In this document: piece after piece, positions 37,263 through 49,500 of the stretch
Layout: the number at the start of each line of letters is the position of its first letter
How positions within the stretch are numbered: the stretch's first letter is position 1
Source of the DNA: an uncultured Bacillales bacterium
Lineage (GTDB): Bacteria > Bacillota_I > Bacilli_A > RFN20 > CAG-449
Reading direction: 5' to 3'
Assembly (NCBI GenBank): GCA_945929875.1
Contig: CAMEOO010000003.1
Span: 1 to 61,949 of the forward strand
Length of the DNA stretch: 61,949 nt
Program-made: the position numbers and the translations under genes
The notes under the pieces: model-generated
Told to the model about the DNA's origin: nothing
The model's database searches: none
The model's input: the letters and a program-made list of their open reading frames with translations, nothing else

Positions 37263-39482
37263 ATGAATAAAATATCAAAGATTAAATTTTTATTAACCCC
37301 TATATTAACTGCAATGTTAGCCTTTATCATGGTTGTAACTTCTTTTTCATGGTATCAAATTAAATCTAGTGAAATCAAAGTTGAACCTCAAAGTGTCAGC
37401 GTAACTACTAAGGCTCCTGAAGGAGACAATGCGGAAATTTTTCCTATTAACGATGTTTATGAATTTAATAAAGTCACAAGTAATTATATCGTTGCAAATA
37501 CTGGTATCATCAATGGGTATTTAGGTCAAACTGGTTTAGAAACTGATTCAGCAGATGATCGAGCGTACATCATTTTCTACAAGGTAGAAGTATCGTCTTC
37601 TGATCCAGATAGATTCTCAACTTTAGATTATGCTTATGTTGATTCGCTAGAAATTCTTGATTCTAATGGTAACTTAATGGTTTCAAAAGATTCTGAAACT
37701 GATTCAACTGATAATTATGGCTTAGATGAATTTAGAATCATCTTCTTAGAAAAAACAGATATTTCATCTAATAGCCAATATTATTTCAAGAAGACTAACT
37801 TAATGACTCCAGATGTTACTGATAGTACAAATAATACGATTACTTTCTTTATTGGAGTTCAATTCCACGATAATTCAACTACTAGATTCCCTTATTCAGA
37901 TACAAAATATATCGGTTCTAAGTTTAAGTTAAATATCAAGTTTGATAGTTCGGTTAATAATAGTTTCTATAAAATAGCTTTGTTTAGAAAAAATGCTGAA
38001 ACAACAAAATATGAAGAAATTGATCTATATGATTATTCTGAAAAGAGTACTGCAACTGATTCAACTGGCGCTTATACCCAATACAAATTTAAAGATACTA
38101 ATAAAGACCATCCATTTGATATTAAACCAGGTGATCGAATCTACGGATACAATAAACTAACTCGTACCTATTATGATTACTTTGAGAACTGGACTAACAT
38201 CTTAGATTTAAATAACGACAGTACTTATGATACATATCAAATTCCAGAAGTGCCTTCTACATATAGTGAAGACATCTTGAATGATTACGAGTTTAATATT
38301 AAAGTTTACGCAAATACAGTAAAAATATATAACGTATGTCCATTCACTCAATTCTTTATCAAAGGTGGATATAATTCTTGGTCAAACGTTCAATTGGATG
38401 AACTCACCGATCCAACAAATAAAGCGAGGGCTATTGATTTATATAAACGTATATATGCTCAAGATGATTCACTAATTTCAGAAAAGAGTTATTTAAAACC
38501 ATTGACGATAAATCCATTTGTCGTTGGTTCCTCTAAAGCGGGAAAGGCCGCTACATGGACGCAAAAAAATAAAGATGAGTCAGTAGAAAAGCATGAGGCA
38601 CTTAATGATAATGGTGCACTAAGTTATTTCGATTTAGTCAATAAAAATTATCCAATCTACACAACTACCTTCTCTACTTCTACAATTACTGAATTCTGTG
38701 TCTTTGATTCTAATGAGCAATATTACAAAAATAGTTTCAATGATAGTCAAGGTAACTATAAGTTACTTAATGGTGAATGGCGAATTTATCTATTAGTTAT
38801 TCCAGAAAAAGAAATTAATGATTCAACAAAAGTCACCATAACAAAAACTACTACCTTAGGTAATAGTGAACCAGTAGTTACTACCTACGAAAAGAATATG
38901 GCAAAATATCGTAGTGTTGTCATTTATGAGAAGATTGGTGAAGTTGAAGCAAAAAAAATTGATTTCTACATCAAAGGACATATGAACTCTTGGAGTGCAA
39001 CAGAGAAATATAAATTGACGTATGTAGAAGAGAATGTCAGCGTTCCTTACTATTGGTGTAAAGTCTACTTCGATGCGACATTTTCAAATTCTGATGGTAC
39101 TTATTCAAATTACGAATTTAAATTCTCAGACTTAACTTGGGGTGTCAGCTGGTCAACTGATGGATTTGCAATCAACCATGTTGATTCAAATGGAAAATCA
39201 ACAGTACCGAAAAAGGTAACTGATCAACTTAGCGCTCTAGGACTAAGTGACATCTTAACTACAAGAGATTATAATTCAACAGGAGTTTATACACCTAATA
39301 ACTTACGTTATTACTTCGGACTAAATGACGATAACTCTAATATGGCTAACATTAAGATTGTTAGATCTGGAACTTATACCTTCTACATGTTCTACGATGT
39401 TTACATTACCGATACTGGAGATATCGTTCAAGATGCATATGTCTTCTTAGTGGACTATCAAGAAGGAAACTTTACTTCATAA
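37263..39482 (+). CDS. 739-aa secreted protein with a SipW-cognate-type N-terminus and two 'xGxxNSW' carbohydrate-binding-like modules
   Basis: 'LTAMLAFIMVVTSFSWYQIK', 'FFIKGGYNSWSNV' and 'FYIKGHMNSWSAT'. Confidence 0.5.
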   Translation: MNKISKIKFLLTPILTAMLAFIMVVTSFSWYQIKSSEIKVEPQSVSVTTKAPEGDNAEIFPINDVYEFNKVTSNYIVANTGIINGYLGQTGLETDSADDRAYIIFYKVEVSSSDPDRFSTLDYAYVDSLEILDSNGNLMVSKDSETDSTDNYGLDEFRIIFLEKTDISSNSQYYFKKTNLMTPDVTDSTNNTITFFIGVQFHDNSTTRFPYSDTKYIGSKFKLNIKFDSSVNNSFYKIALFRKNAETTKYEEIDLYDYSEKSTATDSTGAYTQYKFKDTNKDHPFDIKPGDRIYGYNKLTRTYYDYFENWTNILDLNNDSTYDTYQIPEVPSTYSEDILNDYEFNIKVYANTVKIYNVCPFTQFFIKGGYNSWSNVQLDELTDPTNKARAIDLYKRIYAQDDSLISEKSYLKPLTINPFVVGSSKAGKAATWTQKNKDESVEKHEALNDNGALSYFDLVNKNYPIYTTTFSTSTITEFCVFDSNEQYYKNSFNDSQGNYKLLNGEWRIYLLVIPEKEINDSTKVTITKTTTLGNSEPVVTTYEKNMAKYRSVVIYEKIGEVEAKKIDFYIKGHMNSWSATEKYKLTYVEENVSVPYYWCKVYFDATFSNSDGTYSNYEFKFSDLTWGVSWSTDGFAINHVDSNGKSTVPKKVTDQLSALGLSDILTTRDYNSTGVYTPNNLRYYFGLNDDNSNMANIKIVRSGTYTFYMFYDVYITDTGDIVQDAYVFLVDYQEGNFTS

Positions 39483-39501
39483 AAAAAGAAAGGAGAAGCC
39501 A

Positions 39502-40521
39502 ATGAAAAAAACATTAACCATTGTTACAACTACATTAGCTCTAGTGCTCACCTTAATCGTGGGCTCTTTTGCGTGGTATAAGATGTATAACAATGGTCAA
39601 CTATCTGTCGACATTGGTACTCAAGTTAAAGATGGTATTACTTTAACTATTACTCCTTTCTCAAAAATTGATGGTAGTTTAGCTCCTTCTAAAATGAAAA
39701 AAGGAGTCATCAATAATTACGAAGACTACTACATTACCGGAAATCCTAATTTAGATGATGTTAAAGATAATGAAAATTTAATTAAAATTCCAACTAGTGA
39801 AGAAGTTTTACCTCTTGTAAAAACAATTACTGATCCTCTTGGTAATCCTCTTTACTATCAATACGATTTAAATGAGGATAAAACATTAAAAGCTGGAAGT
39901 GAATATTTAGAAACTCCAGCAACAATTCTTTATCGTCAATTTGAGTTGAGATTAGGTAGTATTGAGTCTACTACAAAGATTGCTTCATTCGATATTAAAA
40001 TTGAATACTATGATATCTTTAATAAACTAGCTGCCTTTAAACAATCAGATGCAATTTCCTTTAGTTTCTACATTCTAGAAGGTCATTCCATTCCTCAAGA
40101 AGGATTAACTAGTTTATCAACTATTTCAAGTTTCTCTTCTGGAGGAAATAAAGACAATAGTTCAAAGAAAACTTTATCTGAATATCTATACACTTATAAT
40201 CAAAGCGCTAGCGAAAAAAACAAATATAAATTATCGACATTTGTTAACGAAGGTGGCCAAGTATTTAATTATTCTAGAGGGGAAGAATGGAATACTTCGA
40301 ATTTCTACAATTATCGAGTTAATCCATTTATTGTTAATACTGATGAAGGATTTACCATGAACTTTGACTTAGTTGGATTAGATATGAATATCAGTTATTA
40401 CGTATTAATTGAATTATTCTATAATTTACCTGATGAACTTCTAGATGGAGCATTAAGCTTAACTGAAAGATTAAATCTTGAAATCTCATACGCAATCACT
40501 TCTCAATTTGATGAGAAATAG
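39502..40521 (+). CDS. 339-aa secreted TasA-like protein with a SipW-cognate-type N-terminus
   Basis: 'LALVLTLIVGSFAWYKMY', 'YRQFELRLGSIES', and C-terminal 'LNLEISYAITSQ'. RBS AAAGGAGAAG. Confidence 0.5.
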   Translation: MKKTLTIVTTTLALVLTLIVGSFAWYKMYNNGQLSVDIGTQVKDGITLTITPFSKIDGSLAPSKMKKGVINNYEDYYITGNPNLDDVKDNENLIKIPTSEEVLPLVKTITDPLGNPLYYQYDLNEDKTLKAGSEYLETPATILYRQFELRLGSIESTTKIASFDIKIEYYDIFNKLAAFKQSDAISFSFYILEGHSIPQEGLTSLSTISSFSSGGNKDNSSKKTLSEYLYTYNQSASEKNKYKLSTFVNEGGQVFNYSRGEEWNTSNFYNYRVNPFIVNTDEGFTMNFDLVGLDMNISYYVLIELFYNLPDELLDGALSLTERLNLEISYAITSQFDEK

Positions 40522-40537
40522 GAAAGGAGGAAAAAGC

Positions 40538-43500
40538 ATGAAACAAAAAATGTCAAAAAAGAATATTATGACTTTATTGATGGCGATGGTATTTAGCTTT
40601 ACCACCATTGTCGGAGCAATCGTCGTTTCCTTTTCTATTTGGTCTGGAAATAAACAAAGTGTTCCAGTAGTAAGTGAAGACTTCAACGCTTCTGAAGATG
40701 ACTTTACTTTCTACGCCGCTATAGAAAATATCGCAAATGATGGGGGATATGACTACTATCCTCTTGATAGTGTTCCTGAAGATTTATCTTCTTTAATCAA
40801 AGGTCTTGCAGTTGTTAGATATGAAGCATTTAACAAAACCGCATATATCCCTTCTTATCCAGAAGTAACAATTCTTGGAAAAAAGTATAATGTCGACGGG
40901 GCACATAATTATCCAGTAATTCACATTTTAAAAGGGTATTATTCAACTAGTGATTATTTAGGAAGTAATGGTCTAGCAAGAAATGATTCCATTGAAACTT
41001 TAATTATTCCTAGTACCGTAAATTATATTTACGAAGGTGCTTTTGCTCAAATGAAAAATTTGAAAGAAGTTACAATTCTTGGTACAGTTAATTATAATTA
41101 TGTATTAAATATTAGTAACTATATTTCAAAAACTTCTTTAAATATTTGGGATTCTAATCAAACTGTTGGAAAAGATGACCCAGTTGATATATTGCAGTTA
41201 AATGATGAAAAAACAGCTTACGTATCAACAGTTAACTTAAATACTTACAATATTACAACAGGTAGCGATGGAACTACTGGTATTATCAATTACACTTCTA
41301 AAACTAGAGGTCGACAATTTGAAAGTGGAGTTAATTATACTACTCCTATATATGGCGCTAGTGAAGGACAAAGTAGTTTAACTTACGATGATCACCTATA
41401 TATTGAAAAGGGAGCTTTCACAAATGATAATGATGCTTCGATAGCTATTGACATCAGCGCAAATGTTGACTCTTACGTCTTTTCTACCAATCACAATGTC
41501 AAATTTATCTGGCAAGATCCAAATCATTGTGCGAATACTTATTCTTATTCTTATGAAACGAATAAGGGAGATAATCAAATATTTTTATTCGACCAGTTTA
41601 ATGGTCTTTTACGCTATAATGGGGAAAAGAATTTATACTATACAACTTTCATTCCTAAAGTCGCTATGAGTAGTATTGAATTTAGCGATACTTCAACTAA
41701 AGAATCTATTGGGACATTTACCTATGCATTCCAACCTAATGTTAAATACTACTTGGAATTAACTAAGCAAGGATCTAAATTTGCGTTAAATGTTAAATCA
41801 ATTAGCTATGTTTTAAGATATAAAGAAACAGATAGTTCATTAAACTGGACAGAAAAGAACTTAGTTTTAAATACTAGTGAGACTAGCGTTGAAGAATATT
41901 CTCCAAGTGAAATTTTAACTTTGTCTAATTATCCAATTCTTTTTGTTCATGAAAAAATAAATGATGACTTAAACACTGACTCATATATTAACAAGTTTGA
42001 ACTTGATATTACTAATGCAAGTTATTCTAGCGATTGTACTAGTTTTGATATTAGATTTAGCCCATCGCACGTTTATCAATCTATTCACTATTATAGCCAT
42101 GTTGAAAACGAGGTAGAATCGTTAAGATCTATCACTACAAAGCAAAGGTTAAATGCTGAAAAGGTATACTATCTAAATGAAGTAAAGAAGATGGTAGGTG
42201 ATACAACAAAAGGCAATGAACAAGTTATCATCACTTTCCCTAACAATAGCAATTTACCAAGCTTATTCGTTTTAGCTTACAGCGTATATAATACTCAAGA
42301 AGCTTATGTTTATTATGATGGTAAGAGTCCAGCGACAAATGAGAAATCATTCAATGAAATGACTTTAAATACCTCAACAAATGAATTTGAATATACATTT
42401 GATTTAACTTATGGATCTCCAATGTATATTTCATTTATTCCAGGTACATATGCTCAAATTACTGGTTATCCTGATTATGTAGTTAATGGTACTACTTCTA
42501 CTGCATTAGAAACTACGTTACTAGATTCATCGACAAACGAACCTTCATCTAGTAAAAAAAGAATTTATTTTGATATGAAGTATGGAACTTCAATGGATTC
42601 TACTAATGATGGTAGTTATAATGAAACTACAAAATTTACTTATAATTATAAGTATTATCTATGGGGATGGGTCGGAGATTCCGAGGGTGCTTGGTACACA
42701 TTTAACTTCTTTGATCAAAATTGTACCTTATGGTATACTGATATCCCTAGTGACTTAACCAAAGGAATTATCGTAAGAAGAAAAACTAGTTATACGGATT
42801 CTAATGGAAATACTATTACTCCTACTACTGGTGCATGGAAATCTAATGAAGGAGTTGTTAATCGTACTGGTAATATCGATCTTACTTTAGGAAACTATAT
42901 TCAATTTAATAGATGGGGCAGCGAACAAATTGATAGTATTGACTCAATAATTGTTGATGTTATCGATACTAATAATTCTAGAAGAATCTACTTTGATAAT
43001 TCTTTAGCAAAAGATAATAACTCATTTGATTCATCTACAAACACTTATAATAATAGTATTATTTATTATGCATATATTTTTGGAAGCAATGAATATAAGG
43101 CTTGGTTTAAATTCTATCAATATGATACTACTTGTACTCTTTGGTATGCTGATATACCTGTTACTGATCCAAGTGGATCTACAATTGTTAAAGGAATTAT
43201 TACTAGACAAAGAGCAGGAACTGCTGGAACTTTTGATAATGTTAATGATTTCTATAATAAAACTGAAGATATTACAAATTTAAATAGTAATAATTTTTAT
43301 ACTTTTAAAAGTTGGGTACAAAATACTAATAAGTTTGAATGTTCTGCTTCAAATGATAATACAAAAGGTATTGTTAACGAGAACTTGTCCCATGCTCAAA
43401 ATAATACTTATTTAATATTTGAAAATTATGGTACTTCTGGAAATACAGTTTACGTCCCATTAGATGAAAATATGGGATATGATGGAAAAAGAGTATTTGC

Positions 43501-46500
43501 AAAAGTAGGAACTACTTTCTATCAAGCTAGTGAGCTCGCTTATGAATTTACCTTAAATAATACAGATGGTGTATCAAGAAGCATTTCAATATTAAAAGAC
43601 ACCATCGTCAGCGCAAAAATCTATAATCCATATACCAATTCTTATTATGATAGCACTTTTGGCTATTCAGATACAGAAACTGGAACTAATGGCGATAAGA
43701 AGAATTTATTTGAAAAGACACAAGATGGAAAGATTCATTTTTTAAATAACGCTAATGTTAATATTTACTTTAAAGTGTGGCTAACAGAATCTAATGTCAG
43801 TAGTCATCGTTGGTGGTTTAGCTATAAGTCAAATGCAATCGATGATGTTAAAACTGCTGCTTCACAGCCAGATGAATCTTTTGAAAAGACATCAACCTTA
43901 TTCTCATTTAGTAATGATGGAGATAAAATTGGTACTGCAAGTGATGAATCTTTACATAGTGATGTATTAGATTTTGGAACTAGCACAAGTTATACATATT
44001 TTGATGCCACTAGAGATCAAGGAATGATTTCTGGTCAACTTACTAAAATTTCAGGTAATGATAGAAATGTTATCTTTATTAATATTACTGATGATATCTT
44101 AAATCACCCATCATTAAATAAAGCAAATCTTGGTGTTAGAATTCAAACATATACAGTAAATTGGCTTCAAATCAAGCAGAATACAAAATACCATGGTTCG
44201 ATAAAATTAAACAAAAATAATTATATGGTGGAATCACTTAGTAATTATAATAATAATTATTTTGATGTTGAAATATATGATAAAACAACTAATAAGATTT
44301 ACTTTGCAACTAAAGATTTAACTAACGCTGAAACAAAGAACACTATTACATTAGGACATAAGTATGAGATTAATAGTTATACTGATACAACTCCAACTCG
44401 TACTCTATATTATTATGATGGAACAACGAATAATGAAATATTACATACAGATGGGAATACTTATACTTTATCTACTATCGGTAGTGAAATTGTAGACTTA
44501 TCAAATGTTTATTTTAACTTATCTTCTATTACTAGCGATTTAAATATTATTAATATTTATGTTTATGATGCAAGTGGGAATTTGTTAAATGAAAACGATC
44601 CTCTTACTTCGTCAAATGGTCTAAATTATGATGAATCTAGAGATCAATATTACTTCTCAAAGACATATAAATCTTCTACAATTGCAAAATTTAAAATTGT
44701 CTTAAAAACTTTTAAAATTCAAACAAAATTATCGCATATTGAGATTGTTAAATCATATACTCTAACAAGAAATTTTGCTAATACTTCTTTTGAAGAGTAC
44801 GTTTATTCTGGAGAACTTTCTTCAGAACTTAATAATAATAAATATGTAGTATCAATCTTTAAAGATCAAGGTAGTACTATTGGATCTACTTCACTAAAAT
44901 TCTATGGTTATTCTTCAAGTGATGATTCTATTGGTATATATAAATTAAACAATGAAAATTGTTTCGTCTTATTTACACCAAATAGCAATACTGGATATCA
45001 AAAGATTTTCTATAATATTTATGATGAATCCGATACATTGATTGGAACTCTTTATTATGATGAAAACCGAACTGAAGAAAAAGGTTATCAATCATTTGTT
45101 GGTAATGTTCCTCTAAATGGAAAAGAAAGTTCATATTTCTATATAAAATCTTCTGGAGAAAATCCTGAAATTGTTGGAGTCTTCCTTCTATTAAGCGATG
45201 GCTCTATTAAACACGTATCAGGAACAGAAAACGCTCAAATGTCTTCTATTATCAGTATTTTAGGTTCTGGATCTTCTGCTTTAGAAAACGTTGAACTTCC
45301 AGTTTCAGATCAAGTATATGCTTCAATTCAAGATCCAAGTGCAAACGCTAGTGAACTTATTTATCCATATTATTTAGTGGGTGACTTCAATAACTGGAGA
45401 ATATCAAATGAATATGGTCTTATTCCTAATGGACAGAATTTTTCATGGGGTAGCAGGTTTTCGCTTACAACAGGTTTAAATCAAGCTTACTATTATATGA
45501 TTAATAATGTCTATATCGAACAAGGACAAAAATTCAAGATTTCTAATGGTCAATATTATATTTCTATTGAAGAAACCGCTAGTAGAGATGCACCTTCTAG
45601 TGCTGAAAGAAATCAAGGAGCTGCATTAGAAATCAATAGTTATAATTTTACTAATGCTGGATTTACTTTTGAAGATAATGGATTTATTACTGTTAAAAAA
45701 TCAGGTTATTATAATTTATCAATGAGATATTGGTCGGTTGAATTTATCTCTGATCGTCTTGTTAGCTCGGCTAATTTTAGAATTGGATATAATACTAATA
45801 CAAGTAAAACTGAAACTGTCGATATCTATTTTAAAAATGAAATGGGTTGGGACAATGTCAACTACTATGCTTGGAATGATGAAGATACCTCTAAAACTAT
45901 TAGTGAAGGTTCATTAATTCCTCTTGATGGGTCACAAACTGATGAAGCAGGTAATCCAATCAAACAAACCATTAATGGTGATATGGATTGGTACAAAGTC
46001 TCATATAAATATAGTTACGCTGATACTATTCCAAATAAGATTTATTTCTATACTAATACTGATAGCAACAACGTATTTGATCGAACCATCGACCTTGATT
46101 TTGTCATCGATGATGATGTAGAGAAATCAAAGACAATGTTCTTTACTCCAAATAGTGTAAATGGAAAAGTTGCAACGCAATCTCAAAGAACTATGTATGT
46201 TAATATTGGAAGTGAATTATCTTCTAAAAACTATGTTATTGCCGCTTATTTGACTGATTATGATAAAAATTCCACTTTTATTAAATTAGATAAGATTAAT
46301 AGTGAAATTGGATTATATCAATTAAATGTCAATATTAGATATAAGACTATTCAAATTGTAGCTTTAGTTACTAATACTAGTGAATATACAGTTGATAAAA
46401 AAAGTAATAAATTAGTGTATGTATCTCGTTCAATGACTATTAGTCCAGTTCAGAATTATTATTATTTATCTACTGGAGTTGATAAAACATTTGAGGATTC

Positions 46501-49500
46501 TTTAGACGTAGCTACAAACTATTTAAATTTAAAATCTATAGTTCAAACTAGATCTGCAAATTATTATGTTGATTTAGCTAATTCTACCGATTCAATAACA
46601 AAAAGAGTAAATATTTATAGTGCAGAAGGAAACTATCTATGTTTTGATAACCTAGATCCAAGTACTTATGTTAAAGGAACTATCATTAAGGAAACGTTTG
46701 AATCAAATGGTAATAAAAAAGAAACTCCAGTTTGTTCTTTGACTTTATCTAAAGAAAATAACTTATTTGATATTACTTATTTAGATGAAGTAAATAAGAC
46801 ATTTCAAGCAACTTTGTCTTCAAGTAATTATACTTACTTCCATAAATATATTTATTCTAATTCTACTCCTTATTTATTCTATTTAAGAACAAGTGAAAAC
46901 TGGTCAAGTAATAAATATGGCTTATTGTTTGATAAAGATAATGATGCTTTTGTTATTGAAGGTATTACTTTAAAAGCAGGTATTGGAATTAAATTATTTG
47001 ATTATAGTGGTAAGTCTTATGCAATTTCTACAACATTAGCTAATTTCAAATATGATGAAAATGATCGTTCAAGTTTAGTTGTTAATGCGACATCTTTATA
47101 TACGATCATCGCTAGAGTTTCATCTGATTCTAATAATATATCCTTGAATCTTTATACTACCGAATCCTATTTCTCAACTCTTGGAAGTGGTTATAGTGAT
47201 ACTACTTTAGAGGTAAGAGATGAAAAAGGAAACTTAGTTGGTAGCTATCCAATGATTCAAACCATCAATGCAAGAAACTATTACTATGATGTTTACTTGA
47301 AACCAGGTTATGAGCTTACAGTTTATGATCCAAATATCTCATTTAAAGATAACGCTAACGTCTATACACTTTCTCCTAGTGAAACTAGTTCATTATATCG
47401 AGTATACTTTGCTTCTACCGGAGGAATGAAATCATCACGTGCAGATGATACTTCAGAATGGAAGAACTGGAAACATCAATATATAAATATCATTAAAAAA
47501 GCAACAAAAACAATTGAATTTAGCCCATCTGCGATATTTAATGGTGCATACATAACTACTGTTACCGATGCAGTTGTCAATGAAGAAAAACAAAGTGATT
47601 CATATAATGTAAAAATTAATGAGCAAACTAATTTATTCTATGTTAATACTGATAATAATTCTAACAAAGTAGCTTTGAGTTGGAACAATACTAACAGTTC
47701 TTCTAGTGAAAGTGCCACTAGCGTATATTCCGCTTGCATTTCTACTACTGGATTCAATGAGACTGTCTATATTTACGATAAAGACTTAATATTAATTGAT
47801 AAGATGACTATCGTATTCCCTGGATCTTATTATGTGTACTTTTGTCAAAAAGCAATTTATAGAAGTAGTACTAGCGACGCTTTATCTTGCGTCACCGCGG
47901 AAAGAATTCAAGGAGAATCAGTATATTCTATTTTAGTAGGTGAAGTTGAATATGATGAAAACACCGACGAATTTTCAGGAAGCTATAAAGAATATGAATT
48001 AAATAATAATTATAATATTAATTTTGATGAATATTCTCCAGAGAATAATGTTTCTATTTCTAATAACATCGACTTAAAGAAAAATCCAATCTATGTTATT
48101 GATGATAATTATAATATCGTTACTTTAGTGGATAATATCACTGTTTACGATTATCGTTTAAATACTGCAGCATTTGATAAAAACACAAATTATTACATTT
48201 ATGAAAACGGTCAGTACATTAAAAAAGATATTACTGCATTTACTCCACAAGTAGATTATTATGTACTTTCTATCTACTCAACTAGCAATTTGGAATCAGG
48301 TGTTTATGAACTTAACTATAGTATTGATAATAGAAGAAGAAAAGACGACCAATACTTTGTATTTACGTATTTAACGTTTACAAGAATTCCTTCTTCTCCA
48401 ATTAGACTATATTATTATCAAGATGATGTATATAACCCTAATGAAGATTATTACGCTTCTGAAGTTTATGTTACTAGCGACTTTGTCAGTGGGGCTTCCT
48501 ATGAGTTAACCGAAGTAACTTCATTTGATCCTAATAAGATTTACTATATTGAAAATAGTGAAGGAAGCTATGACCAAGTAATGATTTCTGTCTTTGAAGA
48601 AGGAAAAACTTACTACACATTAGAAAAAGCGACTACTTATGACCCAAGTAAGACTTATTATACCTATTTATATTCTAAAGTTAATATTAGTAACTTCTTA
48701 CCAAATGTTGATTACTATTATTATGCAATGGCAACTGAAGAAGGTTATTCTCCAGAGAAAGATTATTATGTAATTGAAAATGGTAATTATGTTCCTGGAA
48801 CTCCAAATATTGTCGATCAAGATTATTATGTAATGAAAAAAGCTACAACCTTTAATAATGGTTTAGAATACTACATAATCGATAAAACTGGAGAAGCAAA
48901 GAAATACATTAAAGCAACTCTTCAAGTTAAAGAAGGCTTATATAGTTCTAGTAGTTTTGATGATAGTACTGGATATGATCCTTCTATAAAGGATGTTTAT
49001 AAAGATGATGGTACAAATAATTATGTCAAGACACCTTCTGTTTTAGTTGGTACTTCTGAAAGTGGAAGTGACTATTATCAAACTAGTAACTTAAATAATT
49101 CAAACCAATATAGTTTATTAAGTGAAGGTACTAAACTTTATACTACTAGCGATAATAATACATATAATGAAAGTGCAAATGTTACAATTTCATCTTCCTC
49201 TGATATTTATAAGAGCAACTTACAAGAAGTTAATAAAGTTTCGGATTTAGTTACTTCTGAAAATGGCGAGATTGATGCTTCGACAGTTTATTATAAAAAG
49301 TCAGGAAATGATTATATTAGAGTAGGCAAAATTAATGATTTGGTATTAAAAGATGGCTATTACAATATGAGTATTGGTAACTCATTTAATAGTGTCAAAC
49401 ATCATCAAGTATTAGATGGAACTTATTATGTAAAGAATGGTGATAAATATGAAGTAGCTTCTTCAATATTATTACAATCTAATACTTATTATACCTATAG

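Noticed and set aside
40478-40537. 20-codon N-terminal extension of the giant ORF in the track
   Set aside because: It overlaps the 3' end of the 339-aa gene. A strong AAAGGAGG sits just before ATG 40538, and the signal-like N-terminus begins there.
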